A stretch of 64,000 nucleotides of DNA, from assembly GCA_965233865.1 (NCBI GenBank), contig OZ247587.1, forward strand, positions 288,001-352,000, written 5' to 3'. The position numbers and the translations under genes are program-made. Positions 1-10,815 of this stretch are shown here, piece after piece (positions within the stretch are counted from its first letter, which is position 1; every line of letters starts with the position of its first letter). The stretch is from Candidatus Neptunichlamydia sp. Lineage in GTDB: Bacteria; Chlamydiota; Chlamydiia; Chlamydiales; Simkaniaceae. The notes under the pieces were generated by a model. The model made no database searches, was not told where the DNA came from, and was given only the letters and a program-made list of their open reading frames with translations.

Positions 1-492
1 ACTTAGGTGTAAGATAGAGAAGCTTCCTGTTGGATAGATTGATATCCCTATTCCCAAAGCTATTATCAGAACGCCGATTAGCTGGAGACGGCTTTTTTGC
101 TGGTTAAAATACATTCGGAATATGACCCAAGTTAAAAAAGGAGCAAATGCGAAAAAGAAAGGCTTTTTTAAGGTGGGGTTGACGACGTCGATGAAGAGAA
201 AGATTCCATAAGCTAGTCCTCCGGAGATCGCAGAGCTTAAAGCAAGAAAAACTCCTTTTGCAGGGGAAAGAAAACTCTCGTAGAGAGAAAAGCGGATCCC
301 TGTGAAAATGCTAAAGCAAGGGATGCTCAGAGCGGTCCCAGTTGCAATCCAAAAAATAGAAGTGGGAAGGGGAAGAAGTTTAATAGGGCCTGTAAAAATG
401 CCTTTTACTACAAGGAGAGCAACCCAAGCACAAATACTAACCAGCAGTAAATAACGGGTCTTTTCTAAATCGCTGGAAAGGTGTTTTTCCAT
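1..492 (-). CDS. Multi-pass membrane protein, EamA/DMT-like (runs off window edge)
   Basis: Hand-translated from ATG 492 (GGAG RBS), open to base 1: MEKHLSSDLEKTRYLLLVSICAW...FFFAFAPFLTWVIFRMYFNQQKSRLQLIGVLIIALGIGISI. Several TM helices and the EamA-like 'P-helix-basic loop-LIG.LII..G' pattern. Not in ORF track. Confidence 0.55.
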   Translation of the reverse strand, partial: MEKHLSSDLEKTRYLLLVSICAWVALLVVKGIFTGPIKLLPLPTSIFWIATGTALSIPCFSIFTGIRFSLYESFLSPAKGVFLALSSAISGGLAYGIFLFIDVVNPTLKKPFFFAFAPFLTWVIFRMYFNQQKSRLQLIGVLIIALGIGISIYPTGSFSILHLS

Positions 493-503
493 AGATAATC
501 TCC

Positions 504-1351
504 TTATACCAATTGCTGACTTTTATGAAGAAGGTACCGATAGGGAGCAATGGCAAGTTGCCCAAGGATTATTGCCACGATACCAAGAACAGCTCCTTTT
601 AAGGAAGCGGTCACCAAGATGTTTTCCATCCATGCAGAGTATTTCAGGCTTAAAAGGGGGCTTATTCCGAAATTGATTAAAGAAAATGCAATCATCAATG
701 CTGGAGAGATTCTTGCAAATGCGTATCCCATGAGGTACATGCCTTCAAAACTCCCTACAAAATCTCTAAAGTATTGCAGTTGATTACTAGACAACTTTGC
801 TTCTGATCGAAGCCCTTTCATGGTGCAGTCGACGATCTGTGTATCAACAACCCTTTGTTTTTCTAAGTCTTTTGTTCCTAAAAGGAGAGCAAAGCAAAAA
901 ATAAAGGTTGTAAATCCTGGGTGAGAAAACTGTGGTTGATCGAGAAGACGCAGGGCAACAAAGATAATCCAAGCAACAAGAAGGCATCCAACTGTCCAAT
1001 ATTTGTACGATTTTAACTTTTCTAAGTGGGATTCATGCTCTTCTTGGATTTCATTGTAACTTCTAACAGATTTACTTGGATTGGTTTTGTAGACTCAGTC
1101 TTTTTCTCTGGCTTTTTTCCTTTTTTAAGCATTCCAAAGCCAACCACCAAAAGAAAAACGATCAAACGAAAAAAGAAACTTTTCTGATCGCGAACGGATA
1201 GCTCTAAGACATTTTTTATTCCTACGGTTACCCATAATCCACTGAAAATCACTACCAAAGCCCATGTAATAAATCGTCTCATATAGGTTAAAACACCATC
1301 ATCAAGTTTTGCTTTAGGCTTCAGTATGTCTGATTGTGATCCAAATATCAA
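504..1351 (-). pseudogene. Membrane protein probably split by a 1-bp deletion near 1061
   Basis: The frame of ORF 504..821 stays open up to ~1094 with no start codon and encodes two more hydrophobic helices. Adding one A in TTAGAAGTTAC joins ORF 1022..1351 to it (…VNLLE-SYNEIQEEHESHLEKLK…). Confidence 0.45.
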
Positions 1352-1435
1352 CCAATCTTTTTATTGTTAGTGCCATTTTCCTTCGCAAAACCGAGTTCGA
1401 GGAAAGTATCCCAAAGCTCATAGTCGACCTCGAAG

Positions 1436-2620
1436 TTACGGGTGCGCTTGATCTATTTCTTTGAGAATCAAAGGAAAAAAAACTCCAGCTTGAGGAAGGA
1501 CCTCCATAAAAGACCATTTGAAGAAGAAAGACTCTAACTCTTGCAGGGCTTTTGGGAAGATTCTCTCTTCAGATAGCCAATCAAACAAGGGGAAGAAATA
1601 GAGTTGCTCTGCTCGCCTTAGTGGGGTTAGATGAAGATAGTCGACCCCTTCTTCCTTCCAGGGGTCTTTTTCTGTAGATTGGCTTAAGACTTCCTTCCCT
1701 CTTTTTGAAATGAGCTCTTGAATAGACATAAGATCCCCCTTTTCAATTGCTTCGAAGAGCGTCTGTAGTGGGGAATCTGGAGGGTATAGACGGAGAGAGC
1801 CGTTTCTTTTAAGGGAGTTTTTGATTTGAACATTTATTTTCTGTATCTTATCGAGGGCGTAGAACAGAGACAAAGGGGAATCCCTATTCTGAAGGGTTGA
1901 AAAAAGCGCTATGGAAAAATCATGATGCTCCCACTCTTTTTTCAGCTTTTTCGAGGGGAATTGAGGGAATTTGTTTAAAAGCATCTTAGCAATAGCCTCT
2001 TGCCTTGATGCGATTGCGAGGTGAACGGAAGAACAAAAGTGTCTCATTGGAAAAATAGCTTCATCGCATCTGATGCAATCAAATCCCACATTGCTGGAAA
2101 TGAGATCTGACAGTTGCACTGACCCTTTACGAATAGCGATATCTAATGGAGTGCCGATCATCGAAAAGTGATTAGAATTAAATCCTTTTTCAATCAGGTG
2201 CTTAGTCAGATCTAGATGTTGTCCAAGCACGGCATAATGAAGAGGAGAACAATGGGCATCGTCTTTAAGGGCTTCATCCCAAGGGTTGAAAGAGGTGGCA
2301 CGCGCTGAAAAAGCCCCATGGCCTAGAAGAAGATTCACCATTTCTAAGTGGCCAAAATAAGCAGCCAGATGAAGAGGCGTTTTTCCGCTGCTGCTTTCCT
2401 TTTTATTCACCCTAGCTCCTTTTTCTAAGAGCCATGCGGCACTTTTGAGCTGGTTTAAGGCAGCGCAAACATGCAAAAGAGTCATACCAAGTGGACCTAA
2501 GCGCTTGTTAATGCTTAGCTTAGAGCCTTCCACAAAAGCCTTGAAAGCATTAAGGTCTCCCTTAGCAATGAGATCGATGCATTCTTTCCATACTGAGGTA
2601 TCTGCAGATAGCAGGTTCAT
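1436..2620 (-). CDS. Ankyrin-repeat protein (effector-like)
   Basis: Repeats GMTLLHVCA, GKTPLHLAAYFGH, SPLHYAVLGQH, GTPLDIAI; GGAGG RBS; no signal peptide. Confidence 0.85.
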   Translation of the reverse strand: MNLLSADTSVWKECIDLIAKGDLNAFKAFVEGSKLSINKRLGPLGMTLLHVCAALNQLKSAAWLLEKGARVNKKESSSGKTPLHLAAYFGHLEMVNLLLGHGAFSARATSFNPWDEALKDDAHCSPLHYAVLGQHLDLTKHLIEKGFNSNHFSMIGTPLDIAIRKGSVQLSDLISSNVGFDCIRCDEAIFPMRHFCSSVHLAIASRQEAIAKMLLNKFPQFPSKKLKKEWEHHDFSIALFSTLQNRDSPLSLFYALDKIQKINVQIKNSLKRNGSLRLYPPDSPLQTLFEAIEKGDLMSIQELISKRGKEVLSQSTEKDPWKEEGVDYLHLTPLRRAEQLYFFPLFDWLSEERIFPKALQELESFFFKWSFMEVLPQAGVFFPLILKEIDQAHP

Positions 2621-2739
2621 TTGAAGCCTCCTGTTTCTTTCCTCATATCAAGAAACTGTTTATGTGGGTAGAGAAAATCTCCCTGCTGTTCCAAGACGTT
2701 CAGCCTTGGAACTGTATTTACTTCCGATTTGATTAAGGT

Positions 2740-3081
2740 TTATTTATACAAGGGCGAACAGGCCTCCAGAAACATGTTTAATGTTAGTACGATACTCAAA
2801 ATGTATAGTGGGATGAAACAAGAGCGGCGACTATGCCTATAATTTTTTTTTCGATACTGGGATCAGACGAAAAATAAAGTAAAAGGAATTGATAAGGGAA
2901 CGCATAACCACAAGCCAACAAATACTATTGCAATTGCTGTTGGAACAGTTCCGGCTACCATACCGAATAATCCCGCAAACCACAGTAAGAATGGGAATAA
3001 CAATGAGTAAATAATTGTTGCGTTTTGAGCATACTTTTTCGTTTTCTTTTGTTCTTCATTTTGCAAAAGGGATTCAGACAT
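2740..3081 (-). pseudogene. Small membrane protein with in-frame TGA at 2863-2865 (possible accessory immunity gene)
   Basis: ATG 3081 with GAGGAG RBS overlapping the upstream stop. After TGA the frame continues SQYRKKNYRHSRRSCFIPLYILSIVLTLNMFLEACSPLYK to TAA 2740, adding a further TM helix. Confidence 0.5.
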
Positions 3082-3634
3082 TTTCTCCTCGTAAGGCTTT
3101 GCTTTCAGAAGAAATAACTTCCAGTGCTTCTTCGTAAGTTTCTTCACAAATTGTTTTGCGAGAATGTTGGTTGTCCTCTCGAGTATAATAATCAAGAATT
3201 CCGTTAATTGCTGAAATATAATGAATTTTCCCTGATGATGCCTTTGATCGATCGGGTTTGCTAATCCAAATTCTGATTTCGACATTTTTTGCTGTAAAAG
3301 GGTAATTCTGAAGGTAAGGTCTAACTTCCTTGTTGCTATTGATATCAGACAAATACTCTCTAATAGCATATACAATCAGCTCTCGCGCTGTTTGGAGGTC
3401 TACTTCTTGATAAAAATCAAAACTCATTGCCATCATTCGGATATTATGCATCATACCCCCTCCTGTCCCTGCAAGGAAAAGTCCTTTTTGCTTTTCTAAT
3501 TGTTGGGCCGTATTTGCTGTAATTTCATCTGCGATTTTTTCATAATCCACAGGTTGTGGATGACTAAGCGGAGAGCATCCGAAAAGAGAAGAGAAAACAG
3601 TCATTATCAATCCAAAAGTAAAAATCAGCTTCAT
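3074..3634 (-). CDS. Lipoprotein, candidate immunity protein of the Rhs toxin
   Basis: Lipobox LFGC after a hydrophobic leader; ATGA overlap with the Rhs stop codon. Confidence 0.7.
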   Translation of the reverse strand: MKLIFTFGLIMTVFSSLFGCSPLSHPQPVDYEKIADEITANTAQQLEKQKGLFLAGTGGGMMHNIRMMAMSFDFYQEVDLQTARELIVYAIREYLSDINSNKEVRPYLQNYPFTAKNVEIRIWISKPDRSKASSGKIHYISAINGILDYYTREDNQHSRKTICEETYEEALEVISSESKALRGENV

Positions 3635-6600
3635 TCTATACCTCCATAAGTTTTAACGTAATCTGCTATATGTTCTTGTATTTTACGCTCAAATGTAGGG
3701 CTTGCAAATTCATGATCCCAATACTTCGCATCAGGGTGAGGCTCCAGTATGTGAAGTTCATTTCCATATTTTAACTTCCCCATAATGTCAAGACGTGTAA
3801 CAAAATCTCGCCTACTCATGTAGTTATAAGATTCATAGCATAATCTTTTTGGAACAATAACAGAGGGATTAAGAGCTAGGACAATAATTTTTTGGCGGAC
3901 AGACTCTGAAGATGTTAAGAGAGCATTTTTAACGTGTTCAGCCCCACCACTATGACAGTTTTGAAGAAATTTTGCACCAGGTCCATGGGTAGCGATCAAG
4001 TGGTTCCAGGTGTTTTTTAAATGTTGGACAGGGAGTGTGTGCATGCCTATACGTCCTGCTATGCATTCTAATATATCGATACCCTGTGAATTGGTCGCGT
4101 TGTAGATGCCATACACTTTGGCTCCTTGAGCATATTGGCTGATTCTTGATGCGCTTTCCATAGATTCATATCTTTTGTTATCAATGCCATTGATAAAAAG
4201 AAGTGCGCCATTCGAAAGTTCAAAAGAGCCTACTTCATAATTGCTTGAACGTGTCAGATCATAGTTGGCACACACTGAAGAAAAAGCGTTTACCATATGA
4301 ATCATTGGGGGTTTAGTGACTTGATAGATCTGAGAGGCAAACCGCCCTGAGGGATCAAAATAGTTAACGGGATCGCCACCTGCGTAGGCGTAGAGATCCA
4401 TGCAGAGAGGATGTCTGATGGGATCAGGGCTTAAGAAACGGCCTCCTCTTGGGTCATAATATCTTTCTCCCATCCAGATGAGTCCGGTGGGGTCTTGGGA
4501 TTTGCTCTGCCAAGTAAGGGATTGTGCGTAAGAAAGGAGGTCATAAGAAATATGAGGAGGCAATTGAGGGCCATAAGCGGAGCAAACATTTGGGGTGTAG
4601 TGGGTGTTTTGCTGAGTGATGACTGCGACAAGCTCGCTCAGCGCATTATGCAGGAGGAAAGCAGAGGCGCCTGTTTCATCGAGGATTGCATCGCATGAGC
4701 TGGGGCCATAGAGTTTCCAGAAGGTTTTATTTCCTATCTGAATGCCAATTTCTTGGAATTCTTTTTCCGGGTCGTATAGAGAGGTTGCTTTTAGGGTTTC
4801 GCTTCCCTGAGTGGTATAGCGGGTTTGGAGACGTCTCCCGAGGGCATCATAGGAGGCTTCCCATGTGAAGGTCTCATTAGAGACTGTGAGGAGGCGTCCC
4901 CAGGGGTCCCACTCAAAGGTTTTTCCTCCTTGAGAGGTGACTTGTCCCATTGGATTGTAGTCTGTCGTGAGTCGGTCTTTTCCGATGGTTTCTAGGGTCA
5001 CTTTCCCGAAGGGGTCAAGCTTAGAAACTTGGGCATAAGGTGCTGCAGTGCGGACACCTGTTCCTTCTTTTTCAAAGTCAAATGTATAGTGTTCTTCCCC
5101 TGCAGATTTTAGGTGTCCTAGGGGTGTATAGGTGAAATGCTTTTGTTTTGAAGGAGAATGATAGGTAGAGAGTTTTCCTGAGGGGGTCCAGTCAAGGGAT
5201 TCTTGAAAGCCTCCTGAGATAATGGTTTCGGGAAGGCCAGAAGGATTATAAGTTACTCTTGAGGAGTAGAGGGGTGTGAGTTTGTCTTTGAGAGCTCCGC
5301 TTAGATAATAGGTGTATGCAAGCTCGAGATTTTTAGTGGATAGTTGAGTCAGTTGGTTGTTTTGATATACGAGTGTTCGCTTGTGATCTTCGATCTGTAG
5401 GGTTCTATAGGAGGGGCCCCATTCTTGGTGGGTTTCTTGAATCTGCTTAGAATTAAGGTAAATGGACTCATAGGTAAGGTGTCCATCTGCATCGTAAGAG
5501 CGCTCTACTATTGAATGCTCTTCTCGAGGGGTGTAAAACCAGCTCGAAACCCAAGAAAGGCTTTGGGAGCCTATTTGCTCTGCGGAGAGGAGAAACCCTC
5601 TTGGATCGTAGGTATAGGCTCTCTCCCATCCATAGGTGGTTTCTTGAGCAAGTCTGCCATGAGAGTCATAGGTGTATCTGCGACTGCGACCCATAGGGTC
5701 TATGATTTCTTTGAGATGACCTTCTTCATAAGAATAGTTCCATTCTTGCGCAGTTTCTCTTCCTGCTTGGATTTTTTCAGAGGTTTTTCTCTTCATAGAA
5801 TCATAGGAGGCTTCCCAGATATTCCCATTGGGAAGGTGGTACTCTATGAGGTTTGAGTCGAGGTCATAGTCAAACGCAAGGAGACTCCCATCAGGAAACT
5901 CTTTTTGCGTAATACGATGGAGCCGATCAAATGTTTGCCTTGTCATGTATCCTTCTCCATCGATGATGGCGGTGCAGTTTCCACATTTGTCGTATTCATA
6001 AGTCGTTATGACGGTTCCTTTTTGTACTTTAATGGGGAGACCGAAGGTGTTCATCCATGTGGTGGTTGTGACTTCCCCTTGTCTGATGATTTGAATATCA
6101 TTTTCAGGATCATAAGCATAGGACGAGGTGGCGATCAGGTTTCCGCAGGGGTCAAAAGTTTTCGATTCAGCAACTTTCCCTCCTTCATACCGATCGATAA
6201 CTTGCTCTCCACTGGAGAGGGGGGTGGTCGTTGTATCGTTTTGATAGTTCCAGGTTGTTTGCTTGCCGCTAAGCATTGTTTCTGTCTTGATGCGTCCGAG
6301 TCCGTCATAGGTCTTTTCTATGGCATATCCTGCTCCATCTATAATACGGATAAGGTTGCCATTAGCATCAAACTCTTTGGTTTCTGAAATTCCTGTTTCA
6401 ACATGGATGCAAGTTATTTGATGGTTTGAGTCATCATAGGTCATTTCCCATGTGATGCCGTTTTTAGTTTCTTGAATGGGACGGCCAAAAAAATCATAGA
6501 CGATGGTGGTTTTTGTTCCATCGGGATAGATTTCTTCTTTGAGAAGACCATTTGTTGTATAGTGACGGGTTGTTGTTGCTCCTGAAGGAGAGGTCATGGT

Positions 6601-8421
6601 TTTGACAAGACCTCCAGCTTCATAGGTATATTGGGTGCTATGCCCCTCTATTGTTTCACATGAGATATTTCCAAGAGCGTCATAGTCTCGGATGGTGCAG
6701 ATGCCAAGGGGGTCGACTTCTTGAGTGAGGAACCCTCGAGGATCATACTCATAGAGGTGGTAGGCTTTTTTATTGCTAGGGGTAAGGGTTTGCCATGAGG
6801 CTTTGAGAAGCCCTGAGGAGTTATAATCGAGGTGAAGGGTATTGTCAGGATTTGCTGTTTGCTTCCAAATGGGTTGATTATTTTGATTGTATCCTATGTA
6901 GGTTGCAGAAAGGAGCTTTCCTGATGGTGAAAAAACTTCCGATTGAATCAGGTTCCCCATTATGTCATAAGCATTTTCTTCGATGGCATCTGGTGACTCG
7001 GTTTTTGTGCACCGCCCCTGATAATTGTAGGAGTAAGTTGTCGTGTAGTCTGGATCCTCTGTCCCTGTTTTCTGCACTTTTTGATCAGGAAGATTGCGGC
7101 TATTATAGTGCCAAAAGGTGATTGATCCATTCCGATCTTCTCTTGTCACAAGACCCTGCGTGTTGTAATCGAAATCGATATAGGAGATCAGGTTTTTTTT
7201 ATGATATTTTTCAATCCTTTTAGGTTGGTAAGGAAATGTATCATCATAAATGGTATGGACTGTTTGTCCACAGGTCGCTTCTTCTGTGCAAAGGTTGTTT
7301 TCATTGTAAGCAAGCTTTTTGAAAACACGAGTATGCCCACCTCCAGTCAGATCTTTCCCTTTTAGCTCGATCTGAATAGGGTTCTCCCTTTGATCATACA
7401 GATAGGTGGTTGTCAGACCCCGTTTATCTGTGGTTGATTTAAGACTTTTTGGAAAAGCTCCTGACTCTTCCCAAGGAAGAATTTGCTCGGTTTCAGCGTC
7501 AAACCACGAGTCTTCTGTGACAAACCAAGATTGAAAAATCACGGATCCTACAGGGTCAATAACTTTATAGATTTGCTTATCATAAATCTTATAATTCGTT
7601 TTTCCTTGCATCCCATCTGTGGCTGTTGTTACCCCTTCCGTATAGGCAAAAGTTGCAGTGGTGACCATGACCTGGTCTGGCCCTGCTGGAGATCTCTGCT
7701 CTTTGACTCTTCCTTCATTGTCATAGATATTTTCTAAGATTTGCCCATGAGGTTTAGTTTCGCGAATAATGCGGTGATGTCGATCGTACTCATAAATGAT
7801 GTTAGCAGTATTGGGAAGTGTGACTTTAACAAGGTTTCCTTGGGAGTTGTAGTCATAAGAGATCGGTCTTCCATCTTTTGCATAGATCTCTGAAATATAT
7901 CCTTGGTGGTTGTAATGGAATCCTAAAGAGTCTCCATTTGAGCTTTCTATACGGGAAAGGTTTTCATCATCATAGTGGAAGGTAAGAGTAATTCCTTTAT
8001 GGTTAACCCACCTTTTCAAAAGTCCCTCTTCGAAAAACCGTTTTGAACCATCGGCTCCATAAAGGACATTATTCTGAATATAGGAATGAAAAAGACTTGC
8101 GTTTCCTCCAATTCCTTTTTGGTTAAAGTTATAAAGATCCGGATTATCATCTGGATCGACTTCATACCGGGAGTTTAAGCTATTATAGCTGTAGCAAATC
8201 ACGCTACCGTCAGCCTCTGCGGCAAAAAGTTTCCCCTTTTGTTTTACCAGAAAGGGGTTTAAGCTGAGCTTCCAGCCAGCCCCAAGGTTTCCATGAACAG
8301 GGTTTTGGCTATTGTAGTTGCGCCTAATTTCTAGCGGAAAATGACCAGGAAGCTCTAAGTCAAGCTCATCGACGTAAAAAGCTCCTGTAATAGTGTCGAC
8401 GGGGTCTGCAACGCTAGTCAT
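3631..8421 (-). CDS. Rhs/YD-repeat toxin, C-terminal part: DUF6531-like, YD repeats, Rhs core, alpha/beta-hydrolase (DUF687-like) tip
   Basis: DPVDTITGAF…RRNYNSQ…LGAGW; many YDxxG repeats; RYYDPRGGRFLSPDP…DPVNYFDPSG at aa ~1356; tip with FINGI, CHSGG, RRDFV, WDHEF. Confidence 0.9.
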   Translation of the reverse strand: MTSVADPVDTITGAFYVDELDLELPGHFPLEIRRNYNSQNPVHGNLGAGWKLSLNPFLVKQKGKLFAAEADGSVICYSYNSLNSRYEVDPDDNPDLYNFNQKGIGGNASLFHSYIQNNVLYGADGSKRFFEEGLLKRWVNHKGITLTFHYDDENLSRIESSNGDSLGFHYNHQGYISEIYAKDGRPISYDYNSQGNLVKVTLPNTANIIYEYDRHHRIIRETKPHGQILENIYDNEGRVKEQRSPAGPDQVMVTTATFAYTEGVTTATDGMQGKTNYKIYDKQIYKVIDPVGSVIFQSWFVTEDSWFDAETEQILPWEESGAFPKSLKSTTDKRGLTTTYLYDQRENPIQIELKGKDLTGGGHTRVFKKLAYNENNLCTEEATCGQTVHTIYDDTFPYQPKRIEKYHKKNLISYIDFDYNTQGLVTREDRNGSITFWHYNSRNLPDQKVQKTGTEDPDYTTTYSYNYQGRCTKTESPDAIEENAYDIMGNLIQSEVFSPSGKLLSATYIGYNQNNQPIWKQTANPDNTLHLDYNSSGLLKASWQTLTPSNKKAYHLYEYDPRGFLTQEVDPLGICTIRDYDALGNISCETIEGHSTQYTYEAGGLVKTMTSPSGATTTRHYTTNGLLKEEIYPDGTKTTIVYDFFGRPIQETKNGITWEMTYDDSNHQITCIHVETGISETKEFDANGNLIRIIDGAGYAIEKTYDGLGRIKTETMLSGKQTTWNYQNDTTTTPLSSGEQVIDRYEGGKVAESKTFDPCGNLIATSSYAYDPENDIQIIRQGEVTTTTWMNTFGLPIKVQKGTVITTYEYDKCGNCTAIIDGEGYMTRQTFDRLHRITQKEFPDGSLLAFDYDLDSNLIEYHLPNGNIWEASYDSMKRKTSEKIQAGRETAQEWNYSYEEGHLKEIIDPMGRSRRYTYDSHGRLAQETTYGWERAYTYDPRGFLLSAEQIGSQSLSWVSSWFYTPREEHSIVERSYDADGHLTYESIYLNSKQIQETHQEWGPSYRTLQIEDHKRTLVYQNNQLTQLSTKNLELAYTYYLSGALKDKLTPLYSSRVTYNPSGLPETIISGGFQESLDWTPSGKLSTYHSPSKQKHFTYTPLGHLKSAGEEHYTFDFEKEGTGVRTAAPYAQVSKLDPFGKVTLETIGKDRLTTDYNPMGQVTSQGGKTFEWDPWGRLLTVSNETFTWEASYDALGRRLQTRYTTQGSETLKATSLYDPEKEFQEIGIQIGNKTFWKLYGPSSCDAILDETGASAFLLHNALSELVAVITQQNTHYTPNVCSAYGPQLPPHISYDLLSYAQSLTWQSKSQDPTGLIWMGERYYDPRGGRFLSPDPIRHPLCMDLYAYAGGDPVNYFDPSGRFASQIYQVTKPPMIHMVNAFSSVCANYDLTRSSNYEVGSFELSNGALLFINGIDNKRYESMESASRISQYAQGAKVYGIYNATNSQGIDILECIAGRIGMHTLPVQHLKNTWNHLIATHGPGAKFLQNCHSGGAEHVKNALLTSSESVRQKIIVLALNPSVIVPKRLCYESYNYMSRRDFVTRLDIMGKLKYGNELHILEPHPDAKYWDHEFASPTFERKIQEHIADYVKTYGGIE

Positions 8422-10815
8422 CTAAGACTTATTCCACGACCTGATATCGCTTGCTTGTCTTGTGATTTGCGGCACTGATACAGGGGCATTTGTGTGGCAA
8501 GAAAGAGAAGGGGAAGTTTCAAGAGAGTATTGGTTAAAACTCCCATTGTAAGTTGGAGTAAGTTCCCAGCTTTTAATGGAGTCAGGGGTTAGATAATAAG
8601 AGGGCAATGGAGAGCCGAGTCTTCCATGAAAAAGCAGGTTGTTATTAGAGATCAGAGCATATTGGGTATAGGGATGCAAAATAAGCGCTCCCGTCTCATT
8701 GTAGTTGCCATCTTGACTGGAGATAAGTCCTGGGGTGAGATAAGCGTAGCTCCACGGAGCTAGTGGATCTTTTTTATCGAGGAGACTTTTGGTGGCATCC
8801 CACTGTCCAGGTGATGCTTTTTTCACGCTCTGAAAATCGAGGCCTTTTAGTTCGGAAAAGTAAAGGCTCTTTGCAACCTCTGGTGTTTTGTCTGAGGCTT
8901 CAAAGCTTTCTGGAGTCAAAACGATGAATCCCTCCCCTTCGCCTCCTTGTTTTTCATGCTCAAGATGAGCAAGCTGCAGAAGTTTGACAGTGGAAATGGC
9001 ATAAGGATCAGAGAAAACTTCTCGCAAAATCTGGTGCCCATTGGAAGAAGAATCTACTGTAGTAAGAGCCTCCCATTGCATATAAGCAGAGTGCGTTTCT
9101 TGATTCCATACGACTGGAAGCGGATGGGAGGGTAGCTGGGAGCGGAACCAGAACATATCGACTTGAGGGAGACAAAGATCGTTTTGGTCCTTAAAGAGTC
9201 CTTTTGATAAATCGGGAGAAAGTTTGGCTAAGCCAAAAGCAAAAATAGTTCTTGGACTTATTTTATGCAATTCTGCAAGGAGCTCTTCCCCATAACCACA
9301 TTTTTCAAAATAGGCAGCTCCTACAAAGCTGAGCAAGGCATGGAGTTTCTTTTTTTCATCTTTTTCAAAAGAAAATTGTTTGTGAAACTGAGATGTCTTA
9401 TGAGGGGTTACTCCTCCAAAATGAAAGCAAAGAGCTGCACTTGTTCCTTTGGCGATTGAGAGTGTTTTGATGGCATGAAATCCGTCACTTCCTACGGGAA
9501 CGCTGTAACTGATTTTGATGTCGATAAGCTGGTCTTGGCTATCGAGGTCTAATGAACGTTCCTTATCCTCACCAATGAACTGAACGAGAAGGCGATGTTG
9601 ATCTTCTCCATTGGGAGTGAATTGAATAGGAACCGTTGAGCAGATAAAGTAGGTAAGCGGGAGTGTACACGAGAGGTGCTTCTGAGGGTTTTCGTGGGAC
9701 GAAATATCAATGATAACAAAGGCTTCAACATTTGGAATACTTCTAATAAAATCGAAAATTTGATGATTTCCTTGAACTCTGGGGCGAGGGAAATCTTCCC
9801 ACGAGGAGAATTGCCTCTTAAGTTGTGTACGCCTAATGCCAACGTCTGCAAGGGAAAGGCCTTGTTTTCTGAGCTTCTCCTCAATAAAGCGGGAAAAAAG
9901 GAGAGCTGCTGTGTCATTTCCATCGGAGGCCACATGCTTTAAAATGTTTTCATCCCCTTTCAAATAGCGCAAAATCCACCGATCTGCGCTCGCATAGTCT
10001 TCAGGCACGAGGTTGTACAAATCATACCCTTCATTGATTTGGATCTCTTTCATCCAAGGAAACAGAGAAATAGCGTCTTGTCCCTTTACAAAAATGACCC
10101 AAGGATATTTAGCTAAGGCTTCTTCTTGGGCCTTAGGTAGCTTTGTGAAGAGCATTCTTTCGGCAAAGTCTCTAGGGATAGACAGGGGATCACCCATAAC
10201 ATAACTTGCTTGATACCCTGCTTTTCGAAGTAAATAGACGAGCAGTTGGCATTGCTCCCAGGGAGAACCTCTTCGTTCTAAGTAGGTCATGAGAGGATTT
10301 CGATGAATGCCTGGAGCTTGAAACACCCCATTCTCTTGCTTAAGATAAGGGTCGACAAGGGCAATTTCTTGGTAGACATATTGGGCAATAAGCAAAGGAT
10401 CTTGCTTAAGCTCAAGAGCAAGTGTATCCAAAATGGGAAAAGGAACAGACTCGATGGGGGTGGGCTTTGTTTGAGCTGTATCGATATGACAGGAAAGAAA
10501 ATCTTCAATGACTTGTTTAGTTGGCGTATAGGTGTTTGGCAAAGCAGGTTTTTGAAGGCTGCTGAGTTGCCAGGGAGGAGGAAGAGAAAAGTGGCAACAA
10601 AAGAGAGGATCTTCTTCATCTAAAGAAAAAGAGAGTTGTAATCCAGGCTTCATTCCTTTCTGGGCAATAATCATGGAAAAAGTGCTTTTTGGATCGCAGA
10701 CAAATTTTAGTCGCAAATCTACCCCAAAATCCATTTTTAGTTTGGTTTCTGGGATGAATACCATTCCATCTGCTCTGAGTTTCTGTAAGCCTATTTTGGT
10801 CTGCTTCTTCTTCAA
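8422..10815 (-). pseudogene. Middle fragment of the Rhs gene with degenerate transglutaminase-like domain
   Basis: Same frame as the Rhs ORF, separated only by one TAG (…TGG AAT AAG TCT TAG ATG ACT…). Motif RGSPWEQCQLLVYLLRKAGYQASYV. Confidence 0.75.

Noticed and set aside
2863..3375. 170-aa ORF as listed in the track
   Set aside because: Its first ~98 codons overlap the lipoprotein in another frame. The real start is probably ATG 3081 with a good RBS.
4431..10623. Numerous 60-160-aa ORFs inside the Rhs gene
   Set aside because: Antisense or alternate-frame shadows with no motifs.
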